Assembly: GCA_002753565.1 (NCBI GenBank)
Contig: PEAM01000007.1
Coordinates: forward strand, 7,389 to 71,388
Source of the DNA: Magnetococcales bacterium
GTDB taxonomy: Bacteria > Pseudomonadota > Magnetococcia > Magnetococcales > JADFYX01
DNA: 64,000 bases
Reading direction: 5' to 3'
Position numbers and translations under genes: made by a program. Positions within the stretch are counted from its first letter, which is position 1. The number at the start of each line of letters is the position of its first letter. Below the pieces are notes generated by a model that had not been told where the DNA came from, made no database searches, and saw only the letters and a list, made by a program, of their open reading frames with translations. This document shows positions 42,738 through 50,961 of this stretch, one piece after another.

Positions 42738-43701
42738 ATCTTGTCTGAAGAGAGTCTGGGGGTGGATCACTCTGCAGGGATTCCAGGGGAGGCTCCAGAG
42801 AAACCGGTGGCTGTTCAACCGCTGGATTCAAATCTTTTTTTCTGGTTCCCAACAGCTTGCGGAGGCTTTTCCGGTAGCTCTTTTCGCCCCCGGCCCAATA
42901 CATCTCACGAGGATTGATAAAGCGAACCCAATCGTTCTCCTTAATCAGGGTGGCTCCCAACTTGGAGAGTCTGGCCTTGTTGTCGTTATTGATAAAGCGA
43001 ATACCGGGTACATCCAGCTTAAACTCAAAATCCTGCTGCACCAACATGTTGGGACGATGACCGTGGATAACGGTATCAATACCCAATTTTTTCAACATTT
43101 GACTGATCACCCTGCCATGGCTTTTGCCGTTGGACCCCTTGGAGCGATAGTAGGCCTGGGCCTGACGGATATCCCCCAAAATAGCCATCCCTTCTCGCTC
43201 CCTGAACAGGGCATACTTTCCCTCGTAATAGGCTTTGCGAAATCGATCGTTAAACGCATTCAGATCCACCGACTCCTCTTGAAGCTGGATAAGCAGGCGA
43301 AGAAGTTCAAAGGTAGGGTAGCCATGGATGAACAGATTGTTGGCATGGACATACATGATATCCTGATTGCGGATAAACTCAAGCTGGGCTTTGGAAAGCC
43401 CCATGGTGTTGCCATTGTCGGATTTTTGCAGGATGGCCAACTCATGGTTGCCATTCAGGATGACCATCTTGGCACTTTCGGGCAGCGTATCGCGCATGGT
43501 CTCAAACAGGGTAATGACCTCCTGCTTGGGGTGAGACTTGTTCAACCAATCCCCGGTGTGGACCAGTCGGAAATTATCCAGCCCCTTTTTCCATTTTCCA
43601 CTCTTACCGACCAACCCCAACATCCAGAGCGAATAATGGATGGATTTGATGTCATTATCGGTGTCAGAAAGAACCACGGTAAACCAAGAACCCATTGCCA
43701 A
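42727..43701 (-). CDS. Calcineurin-like metallophosphoesterase
   Basis: [28 protein letters not shown] motifs. 324 aa. The 3' end overlaps the uvrB start by 11 nt. Confidence 0.75.
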   Translation of the reverse strand: MAMGSWFTVVLSDTDNDIKSIHYSLWMLGLVGKSGKWKKGLDNFRLVHTGDWLNKSHPKQEVITLFETMRDTLPESAKMVILNGNHELAILQKSDNGNTMGLSKAQLEFIRNQDIMYVHANNLFIHGYPTFELLRLLIQLQEESVDLNAFNDRFRKAYYEGKYALFREREGMAILGDIRQAQAYYRSKGSNGKSHGRVISQMLKKLGIDTVIHGHRPNMLVQQDFEFKLDVPGIRFINNDNKARLSKLGATLIKENDWVRFINPREMYWAGGEKSYRKSLRKLLGTRKKDLNPAVEQPPVSLEPPLESLQSDPPPDSLQTRYEP

Positions 43702-44124
43702 CCTTACATTCCTGTAAACAGGCTGAAAACACCCGCCTGTCCAATTAGTAAAACATCTTTTTTTTCAACAACCAACAGAGGCACAACCCTTGCCCAACTT
43801 GAAAAAGATTAACGTCCGCATCTCTGCAGGAAGATATATTAACAAAACTAAAGAAGAGAATCTAATTTTCTTGATCCAGGTTAACTGTCAATCGGCACAT
43901 CAATGGATTAACCTTCTGTTTTTATTGCAAGTTATATTTTCTCCTTTTAATAAAGAAGTGAGAAACAGGCCCCCCTGAGCCCTGACAGAGGGGGTTGTCA
44001 TCAACAAGGCTGAGGCTTAGACTGGACCACTCTATTCAGAAAAGGGGGCTAGAAAGGGATGGAGACAGTAACGATAACGGGATTACTGACATCTAAAAAC
44101 AGCCCCAAGCAGCAATATGGTTTA

Positions 44125-44141
44125 CGATAATTAAATTAACG
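44125..44141 (+). promoter_or_regulatory. 17-nt quasi-palindrome CGATAATTAAATTAACG, 18 nt upstream of the Rieske ATG
   Basis: Matches 16/17 the reverse complement of 46700-46716, which sits at the equivalent position upstream of the convergent aas-like gene. Pattern CGWTAA-N5-TTAWCG. Confidence 0.55.
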
Positions 44142-44159
44142 CAATACAAAGCAGCCTAA

Positions 44160-44561
44160 ATGAAGCCTACCCCAATGAAACCTTCTCCCCTCTCCTGGTC
44201 CGACCATCCCGCATCCCCAAGCACGGGAGAGGTTATCTGCGCTGTCTCCGGCCTGAAAGAACAGGGAGGGCAGGAGTTTACCTTCCATAAGGGTGAAGAG
44301 AGCTTCAGCCTGTTTGTTCTCAAGCACCAAGGCCATTTTTTTGCTTATGTTAACGGCTGCAAGCATTTTGTCGGCACCCCTCTCAACCCCAATAAAACAG
44401 GCGATTTTCTCCATCCCAACAATCCAGAACTCATTCGCTGCGGCGTCCATGGCGCTCTTTTTAAAATTGAGAGCGGAGAGTGTGTTTTGGGAGATTGCGA
44501 AGGGGAGTTTTTAGATCCGATCCCCCTCTCCATCGTGGCGGGAAATCTTGTCGTGGGCTAA
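44160..44561 (+). CDS. Rieske [2Fe-2S] domain protein
   Basis: 133 aa. CxH (NGCKHFVG) and CxxH (RCGVHGALF) cluster-binding boxes. Confidence 0.8.
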   Translation: MKPTPMKPSPLSWSDHPASPSTGEVICAVSGLKEQGGQEFTFHKGEESFSLFVLKHQGHFFAYVNGCKHFVGTPLNPNKTGDFLHPNNPELIRCGVHGALFKIESGECVLGDCEGEFLDPIPLSIVAGNLVVG

Positions 44562-46684
44562 GAGAGCTCAGCCAGCAGTTCCCGAACCTTTGGATAATCC
44601 ACCTTGCCACTCCCTTGAAGGGGAATCTCCTTCACAAAGAGTATCTGATCGGGGAGATGCAGTGGACTCAACCCAGCGGCTTTAATCTCTTCCAACAACC
44701 GAGGCCGGGTCGCCCCCCTCTCTTCACTGACCATACAGAGCCTCTCTCCTTTCTTGGGATGGGGGATTGCCTCGACAACATGGAGGGTGTCGGGCCATAC
44801 CGTTGCCGCACATCGCTCAACCGTTGCCAGAGAGATCATCTCTCCCCCCACCTTGGCAAAGCGTTTGATCCGACCGATTATCCGCAAAAAGCCCAGGGCA
44901 TCCACCCCCACTACATCCCCCGTATCATACCACGCCAGCCCCAAGGGGGTTTCGGGGCGTTGTACTTGACCACAACCATCAGGCTGCAGATAGCCTTTCA
45001 TGATGTTGGCCCCTCGCACCAACAGAACCCCCCCCGCCTCAACCCCCGGAACCGGCATCAGGTGATGATCGATTCCCGGCAGCAGACGACCAACCGTACC
45101 GGCTTGATAATGCAGAGCCGTATTGACAGCCAGAACCGGACTGCCTTCGGTGGTGCCGTAGCCTTCAAAAATACGAATGCCAAATTTTTCCATCCAGAGC
45201 GCTCTCGTCTCTGCCCTCAACGCCTCAGCCCCCGCCACAACCAGCCGAATGGAATGAAAATCCACCGGTGAGGCCATTCGTCCATAACCGGCCAGAAAGG
45301 TGTTGGTGCCAGCCAGCACCGTCGCTTTGATTCGATAAGCCAGTTCAGGAATGTTTCGATACTCCAACGGAGAGGGGTGGTAATGGCAACGAACCCCCGC
45401 CAAAAGAGGCGCCAGGGTTCCTACGGTTAAACCAAAGGCATGGAACATCGGCAGAACATTTAAAAAATGATCGTCAGCATGCAGGGTTATCCTGGTTCTT
45501 ATCTGGTGAATATTACAGAGAATATTATCATGAGAAAGCACAACTCCCTTAGGCTCCCCCTCCGACCCGGAGGTAAACAGGATAACCGCCTCCTGATCAG
45601 GTTGGGCAGCCACTGTTTTCAACCTCCGTTCTGGCCACAGCGCAGAGACCAGGCCGACCACCTTTTGCACAGGGCCAATTTCAGGCCGCAGATCCTCCAG
45701 ATAAAGAACCGTAACCTCCTTGGCCAACGACGCCACTTTATCGACAAACCCCCCTTTTTTGACAAACAGCCGAGAGGTTAAAACGGTCTGAATTCCAGCC
45801 GTCCGGCACGCACTGATCAACGTGCGAGAACTGCTGGTAAAGTTGAGTAAGGCGGGAGTTCTGCCAATGGCGTGCAGAGCCAAAAAGGTGACAACACCAC
45901 CGGCAGAGGTCGGCAAAAAAACTCCGACTCTCTCCTTGGGTTTGCTGCGCCTGACAAGAGCCTCCCCAAGCAGGATGGCGCGCAAAACAGCCCCTCGATA
46001 GCTCAACGTGACACCGGTAGAATCGGTGATGATCTCGGTAGCAAAGCCGTGAATACGTGCCACTCGACACACCGCCCCCCACAGGGTTCCCTGCCCTTGG
46101 AAATGGGCCACCAAAGCCCGCCCCAACAGATCGGGCAACAGCACCCCCGTCACATCCGGCGGCAAGAGCGAGAGCGTAACTTTGGGGAAAAGATGGCGGG
46201 GAAGAGAGGCTTCCCGGCTGGAGCTGGGGTGATATTGGGTACCATTAAGGTGGGCAGCGATCACCGGAATACCCGCCTCTCTGGCAGCCCGGCAGGACCC
46301 TTCATCCATTTTGGCAAAAGAGCCGTTTTCCGTCGGTACACTTTCTGGTAAATGCAGCGCCACCCCGCCCCGCTTCCAGTGATTCAGGAGGGAGCTCCAC
46401 CCTTCCTGCTGCAAGGATTCCGCCTCCATAAAGTGAATACTGGGAAAAAACCACCGCTGCAGCGGAGCAGGAAGCCGCTCTTTGGACACAATCAGCCAAC
46501 TTTTTTCTGTCAACAAACTGGCTAAAATCATCCCATCGATGGCTGCCTGATGGTTGCAAACCACCAAACAGCCGCCCTGATCCCCTGTCAAAGGGGCTCC
46601 ACCTCGGCAAACCAGACGAAAAACCTGCCTGATTATCCACCGAACCGCTTTTTCCCTGAGAGCCATGTTACTCCTGAAAGTCAT
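44558..46684 (-). CDS. Bifunctional acyltransferase / acyl-AMP ligase (Aas-like: lysophospholipid acyltransferase + acyl-ACP synthetase)
   Basis: 708 aa. N-terminal HX4D motif NHQAAIDG (PlsC-type). C-terminal AMP-binding signature FTSGSEGEPKGVV, YGTTEG, WYDTGD. Architecture and length resemble E. coli Aas. Confidence 0.85.
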   Translation of the reverse strand: MTFRSNMALREKAVRWIIRQVFRLVCRGGAPLTGDQGGCLVVCNHQAAIDGMILASLLTEKSWLIVSKERLPAPLQRWFFPSIHFMEAESLQQEGWSSLLNHWKRGGVALHLPESVPTENGSFAKMDEGSCRAAREAGIPVIAAHLNGTQYHPSSSREASLPRHLFPKVTLSLLPPDVTGVLLPDLLGRALVAHFQGQGTLWGAVCRVARIHGFATEIITDSTGVTLSYRGAVLRAILLGEALVRRSKPKERVGVFLPTSAGGVVTFLALHAIGRTPALLNFTSSSRTLISACRTAGIQTVLTSRLFVKKGGFVDKVASLAKEVTVLYLEDLRPEIGPVQKVVGLVSALWPERRLKTVAAQPDQEAVILFTSGSEGEPKGVVLSHDNILCNIHQIRTRITLHADDHFLNVLPMFHAFGLTVGTLAPLLAGVRCHYHPSPLEYRNIPELAYRIKATVLAGTNTFLAGYGRMASPVDFHSIRLVVAGAEALRAETRALWMEKFGIRIFEGYGTTEGSPVLAVNTALHYQAGTVGRLLPGIDHHLMPVPGVEAGGVLLVRGANIMKGYLQPDGCGQVQRPETPLGLAWYDTGDVVGVDALGFLRIIGRIKRFAKVGGEMISLATVERCAATVWPDTLHVVEAIPHPKKGERLCMVSEERGATRPRLLEEIKAAGLSPLHLPDQILFVKEIPLQGSGKVDYPKVRELLAELS

Positions 46685-46699
46685 CTGGTTTATAAGTTA

Positions 46700-46716
46700 C
46701 GTTAATTTAGTTATCG
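46700..46716 (-). promoter_or_regulatory. 17-nt quasi-palindrome (minus-strand reading CGATAACTAAATTAACG), 15 nt upstream of the aas-like ATG
   Basis: Plus-strand sequence CGTTAATTTAGTTATCG. See the partner at 44125-44141. Confidence 0.55.
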
Positions 46717-46990
46717 TTAATTAACAACTGTCTATTATCAATCAGTTAAGCTTAACTAACAATAAGGAGATCCATTCAGATAAATCTGACAATTTTCCGC
46801 TCTTTTCCTCACACAAAACAGGCTGTCATAATATTTTTTAACTCACTTTACAAATAAAGCACGATTATTGCTTTCGATAATAATGAGGCCGTTAATGAAT
46901 CCAACGAATCTTTTGCTTATGAGCCTGTTTACTCTCTTTTTGAACCATTTTTATTGAATTAAAGCAACCATTAAACGGGGGAGATTAAGA

Positions 46991-47248
46991 ATGAATGCAA
47001 CGGAAGAATCCTGGAGCAACATCCATGCGGCACCCGAACAGATGCTCTGGTCTGCCGTACTGGAGACAGCGCTGTCGAACGCCCTTACCCACCGTGACCC
47101 AGAGGAGAAACGACGGGCCATCAAATGGTTTGAAGAGGGTGGACAACATTTTAAAATGGTTTGCGATCTGGCTAACTATGAGCCAAGCTTTGTGCAAAAA
47201 AGGGTGCTGGATCTTATCGAAACCACCCACGCCAACAGTCTGAACTAA
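46991..47248 (+). CDS. Small hypothetical protein (85 aa)
   Basis: Strong RBS (GGGGGAG 7 nt upstream of the ATG), helical-looking sequence, 30 nt upstream of the oxoprolinase gene. No family recognised. Confidence 0.5.
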   Translation: MNATEESWSNIHAAPEQMLWSAVLETALSNALTHRDPEEKRRAIKWFEEGGQHFKMVCDLANYEPSFVQKRVLDLIETTHANSLN

Positions 47249-47277
47249 ACCAACCGTTACAGCAAACCGGCCTTTCA

Positions 47278-50200
47278 ATGTGCACAGAGCCCAAGCCAAC
47301 TCATTCTGCATCCCACCGTGGTGGTTGGCGGTTTGCTGTTGATCGGGGGGGAACCTTTACCGATGTGGTCGCCATCGACCCGACGGGAGCCTACCATGGT
47401 GCCAAACTACTCTCTCAGTCTCAGCAGTATGATGATGCTGCCATTGAGGGTATCCGCCGCTTTTTAGGCAGCCCGACCAACCGGCCCCTCCCCCACGAAC
47501 AGGTTGCCTGGATTCGCCTGGGAACAACCGTCGCAACCAACGCGCTATTAGAACGCAAAGGGGCGCCGGTAGGGCTCTTTATCACTCAAGGTTTTCAGGA
47601 TCTTCTGGATATTGGCAGTCAACACAGGCCAGACCTTTTTGCGTTGGCTGTTCGCCGTCCCGAGAAACTCTATCAGGCGGTGGCAGAGTGTGAAGAGCGT
47701 ATGGGGGTGGACGGTCTGCCGCTGCGCTCCCCCACCCACGCCCAAACCAGAGCCGCACTCATCGAGCTTAAACAGTCTGGCGTCGAGTCGTTAGCCATTG
47801 TTTTTCTCCATGCCTGGAAAAATCCCCGCCATGAACTCTACGCAGCCGAAATAGCCAAAGAGTTTGGCTTTAAACAGATCTCTCTCTCCCATCAAACCCT
47901 CCCCCTCATCCAAATGGTCGGACGAGGCAGGACCACCTTGCTGGACGCCTATCTGACTCCCGTTTTACGGCACTATAGTCAGCAGGTAAGGCGCTGGACG
48001 GGGCAGATCCCTCTGCATTTCATGAGCAGCACCGGAGGGTTGATGGTCCCGGAGGGGTTTACCGGCAAGGATGCCATTCTATCCGGGCCTGCGGGGGGCG
48101 TGACCGGTGTGGCGGCTGTTGCCAACCAGTGTGGCGCAGCACAGGTGATCGGCTTTGATATGGGCGGCACCTCAACGGATGTCTGTCGTTATGATGGCAC
48201 CTTTGAACGGGTCATGGAGGCGGAGACAGCCGGTATTCACTATCAGGCTCCCATGCTGAATGTGGAGACGGTTGCGGCGGGCGGCGGGTCTATTCTCTAC
48301 TTTGACGGCCAAAAACTCTCTGTCGGACCCGACTCAGCCGGGTCCGATCCCGGTCCAGCCTGTTATGGGCTTGGGGGTCCGGCCACCATCACCGATGCCA
48401 ATCTGATTTTGGGGCGGATAGTGGCCGACTATTTCCCCAAACTCTTTGGTGCCGACCGCCATCAACCGTTAGACATCCAGGCCGCCAGATTGAGAATGGC
48501 TGAACTGCTCACTCGCGTCAACAGCCAGACCAAACAACACCTCAGCCTGGAGTCCCTGGCTTTGGGGTTTGTTCGCATTGCCAATGAAGCCATGGGACGC
48601 CCCATTAAAAACCTCTCTGTAGCGCGGGGTTTCGACTTGCGAAACCACGCGCTGATCTGCTTTGGCGGGGCCGGAGGACAACATGGGTGTGGTATCGCCA
48701 GCGGATTGGCCATTAATACACTCCACCTCCACCCTTTATCAGGGCTGCTTTCAGCTTTTGGCATCGCCCAGGCCACCCACAGCCTGACCCATGTCGAGAC
48801 ACTTCTAACCCCCCTGAACTCGACCACCCTGGCCCAGACAAACCGTCAGGGCAGAGCCGTCGCTAGGGGACTGACCTCTCGTCTTCGAGAGGAGTCAGCA
48901 GCGCCGGATGATACTGTTTTCAGCCAACACCTCTCTCTGGATATCCGCCTGGCTGGTACGGATAGCTCCTTAACCATAGACTATGATTCCAACCTGGGTC
49001 GGCTTACAGAACGTTTTAATCAACAACACCGCCAACACTATGGGTTTTCACCCTCCTCCTCTTCTCTGGAGATTCTGAATCTTCGGGTGGAGGTGACCCA
49101 ACAACCAGAGGATCATCTCCCCGTCAATTTATCTCTTAAAAAAGCGCTGAAGGGAGAGCATAAAGCGGAGAGAATGACCCCGGTCTGGTTTACCAGCAGT
49201 GGGGCCACCCAAACACCGCTCTATCTCAGAGAGAGGTTGATCCCAGGCCGAGAACTAACAGGCCCCGCCCTGATTGCCGAACCCCACGCCATCACCGTTG
49301 TCGAACCGGGGTTTGTGGCTCATCGCTCTGACGATGGCCTTTTGACCCTGGAGCGAAAAGAGAGCCACACCGAGCAGGTGGACTCACAACGGGATCCTGT
49401 TTTGCTGGAGCTGTTCAACCACCGTTTTTCTGGCCTTGCCGCCCGAATGGGAGAGACGCTGGCTCGTACCTCCCACTCCGTCAACATGAAAGAAAGGCTG
49501 GACTTCTCTTGCGCTCTCTTCGATGCCAAAGGTCGTCTGGTTGCCAATGCTCCCCATGTTCCGGTCCATCTGGGGGCCATGGGGGCCACTGTCTGCGCCC
49601 TGATAAACAGCCGGGCAGAGAGTATGGAGCCAGGGGATGTCTATCTCTCCAACGATCCCAACCAGGGAGGATCCCACCTTCCTGATTTAACCGTCATCAC
49701 ACCGGTTTTCAGAAAAAACAGACTGGCTTTTTTTGTCGCTGCCCGAGGTCACCATGCCGATATTGGCGGTATTGTCCCTGGCTCCATGCCCCCTTTCGCC
49801 CGACTCTTGGCAGAAGAAGGGGTTGTTTTATCCAATGAATTATTGGTTAAAAAAGGGCTTTTTCTAGAAGAGGCCATTGTCCACACCCTGAGCCGCCCCC
49901 CCTACCCAGCCCGCAATATTCCTGAACGCCTCTCCGATCTCAAAGCCATGGTAGCAGCTGGAGCGCGGGGTGTTCGGGAGTTGGATGGTCTGTGCAACCT
50001 CTATGGAGATGAGGTGATCTCAAGCTATATGGGCTACATGCGAGACAATGCCACCCATGCCATGGAGGGGGTATTGAGCGATCTGCTCAGAGGAAGAGAA
50101 GTATGGTCCTGCCATTTTGAAGACCATATGGATGAGGGAGAAACCCTGGCTGTCACCATCACCATTAGCCAAAAAAAAGGCGGGCGACCTAAGGCCCTCC

Positions 50201-50961
50201 TCGACTTTAGCGGCACCTCTCCCCCCCACCAAGGCAACCTGAATGCGCCAACTGCCATCACCCGCGCTGCCGTCTTATATGTTTTTAGAACCCTGATTAA
50301 AAAAGAGATCCCTCTTAATGATGGCTGCCTGACCCCGCTCTCCATCCATATTCCCCCCAACTGCCTGCTCAACCCTCCCAAGCAGAGTGCTGTATCGGGC
50401 GGAAATGTCGAAACATCCCAAAGAATTGTCGATGTTCTCTATGGTGCCCTGGGGGTAGCGGCGGCCTCTCAGGGAACCATGAACAACTTTTTGTTTGGCA
50501 ACCCAGACGGCACCGGCAGCCAATATTATGAGACCATTGCAGGGGGGGCCGGGGCGACCCATGGCTTTGATGGGGCCTCTGGCGTTCAGGTCCACATGAC
50601 CAACACCCGGATTACCGACCCCGAACTGCTGGAACATCGCTTTCCTCAAATCAGGCTGGAACAGTTCTCCCTAAGGAGAGGCTCGGGGGGAGATGGAAAG
50701 TGGCGAGGGGGGGATGGGGTCATACGGCGGTTTCTTTTTTTAGCCCCTCTCACCCTTACCCTGCTTTCACAAAGACGGACCATTCCACCCTACGGTTGCC
50801 AGGGTGGAGAGCCGGGAGCCAAAGGAGAAAACCTCTTTTGGCCCTCGGGAACCACACAGCCCCAACCTCTTCCTGGTCGTTTTCAACAGACCGTCCAGGC
50901 TGGAGACAGGCTGGAGATCCGAACACCGGGGGGGGGAGGGTTTGGAGTCAAAGAGAGCTAA
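47278..50961 (+). CDS. 5-oxoprolinase (ATP-hydrolysing), fused hydantoinase A/B type
   Basis: 1227 aa. FAVDRGGTFTDVVAI and IGFDMGGTSTDV (hydantoinase A/actin-like ATPase), followed by a hydantoinase B-type C-terminal half (DPNQGGSHLPD, GGFG). Confidence 0.9.
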   Translation: MCTEPKPTHSASHRGGWRFAVDRGGTFTDVVAIDPTGAYHGAKLLSQSQQYDDAAIEGIRRFLGSPTNRPLPHEQVAWIRLGTTVATNALLERKGAPVGLFITQGFQDLLDIGSQHRPDLFALAVRRPEKLYQAVAECEERMGVDGLPLRSPTHAQTRAALIELKQSGVESLAIVFLHAWKNPRHELYAAEIAKEFGFKQISLSHQTLPLIQMVGRGRTTLLDAYLTPVLRHYSQQVRRWTGQIPLHFMSSTGGLMVPEGFTGKDAILSGPAGGVTGVAAVANQCGAAQVIGFDMGGTSTDVCRYDGTFERVMEAETAGIHYQAPMLNVETVAAGGGSILYFDGQKLSVGPDSAGSDPGPACYGLGGPATITDANLILGRIVADYFPKLFGADRHQPLDIQAARLRMAELLTRVNSQTKQHLSLESLALGFVRIANEAMGRPIKNLSVARGFDLRNHALICFGGAGGQHGCGIASGLAINTLHLHPLSGLLSAFGIAQATHSLTHVETLLTPLNSTTLAQTNRQGRAVARGLTSRLREESAAPDDTVFSQHLSLDIRLAGTDSSLTIDYDSNLGRLTERFNQQHRQHYGFSPSSSSLEILNLRVEVTQQPEDHLPVNLSLKKALKGEHKAERMTPVWFTSSGATQTPLYLRERLIPGRELTGPALIAEPHAITVVEPGFVAHRSDDGLLTLERKESHTEQVDSQRDPVLLELFNHRFSGLAARMGETLARTSHSVNMKERLDFSCALFDAKGRLVANAPHVPVHLGAMGATVCALINSRAESMEPGDVYLSNDPNQGGSHLPDLTVITPVFRKNRLAFFVAARGHHADIGGIVPGSMPPFARLLAEEGVVLSNELLVKKGLFLEEAIVHTLSRPPYPARNIPERLSDLKAMVAAGARGVRELDGLCNLYGDEVISSYMGYMRDNATHAMEGVLSDLLRGREVWSCHFEDHMDEGETLAVTITISQKKGGRPKALLDFSGTSPPHQGNLNAPTAITRAAVLYVFRTLIKKEIPLNDGCLTPLSIHIPPNCLLNPPKQSAVSGGNVETSQRIVDVLYGALGVAAASQGTMNNFLFGNPDGTGSQYYETIAGGAGATHGFDGASGVQVHMTNTRITDPELLEHRFPQIRLEQFSLRRGSGGDGKWRGGDGVIRRFLFLAPLTLTLLSQRRTIPPYGCQGGEPGAKGENLFWPSGTTQPQPLPGRFQQTVQAGDRLEIRTPGGGGFGVKES

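Noticed and set aside
43711-43740. Canonical E. coli-type LexA (SOS) box upstream of the phosphoesterase-uvrB unit
   Set aside because: CTGT/ACAG half-sites are present, but with N2 and ~N13 spacings rather than CTGT-N8-ACAG. I keep it only as an unclassified inverted repeat, described in the uvrB finding.
43790-43978. 62-aa ORF in the AT-rich gap upstream of the Rieske gene
   Set aside because: Its composition is AT-rich and low-complexity (K/N/I/F), there is no RBS, and it lies in a probable promoter region.
46685-46990. Repeated GTTAA/TTAAC-containing motifs that might suggest a CRISPR-like or tandem-repeat array
   Set aside because: There is no regular repeat-spacer periodicity. The units are short AT-rich palindromes (for example AGTTAAGCTTAACT at ~46739) within a divergent promoter region. 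I interpret them as operator or promoter elements.
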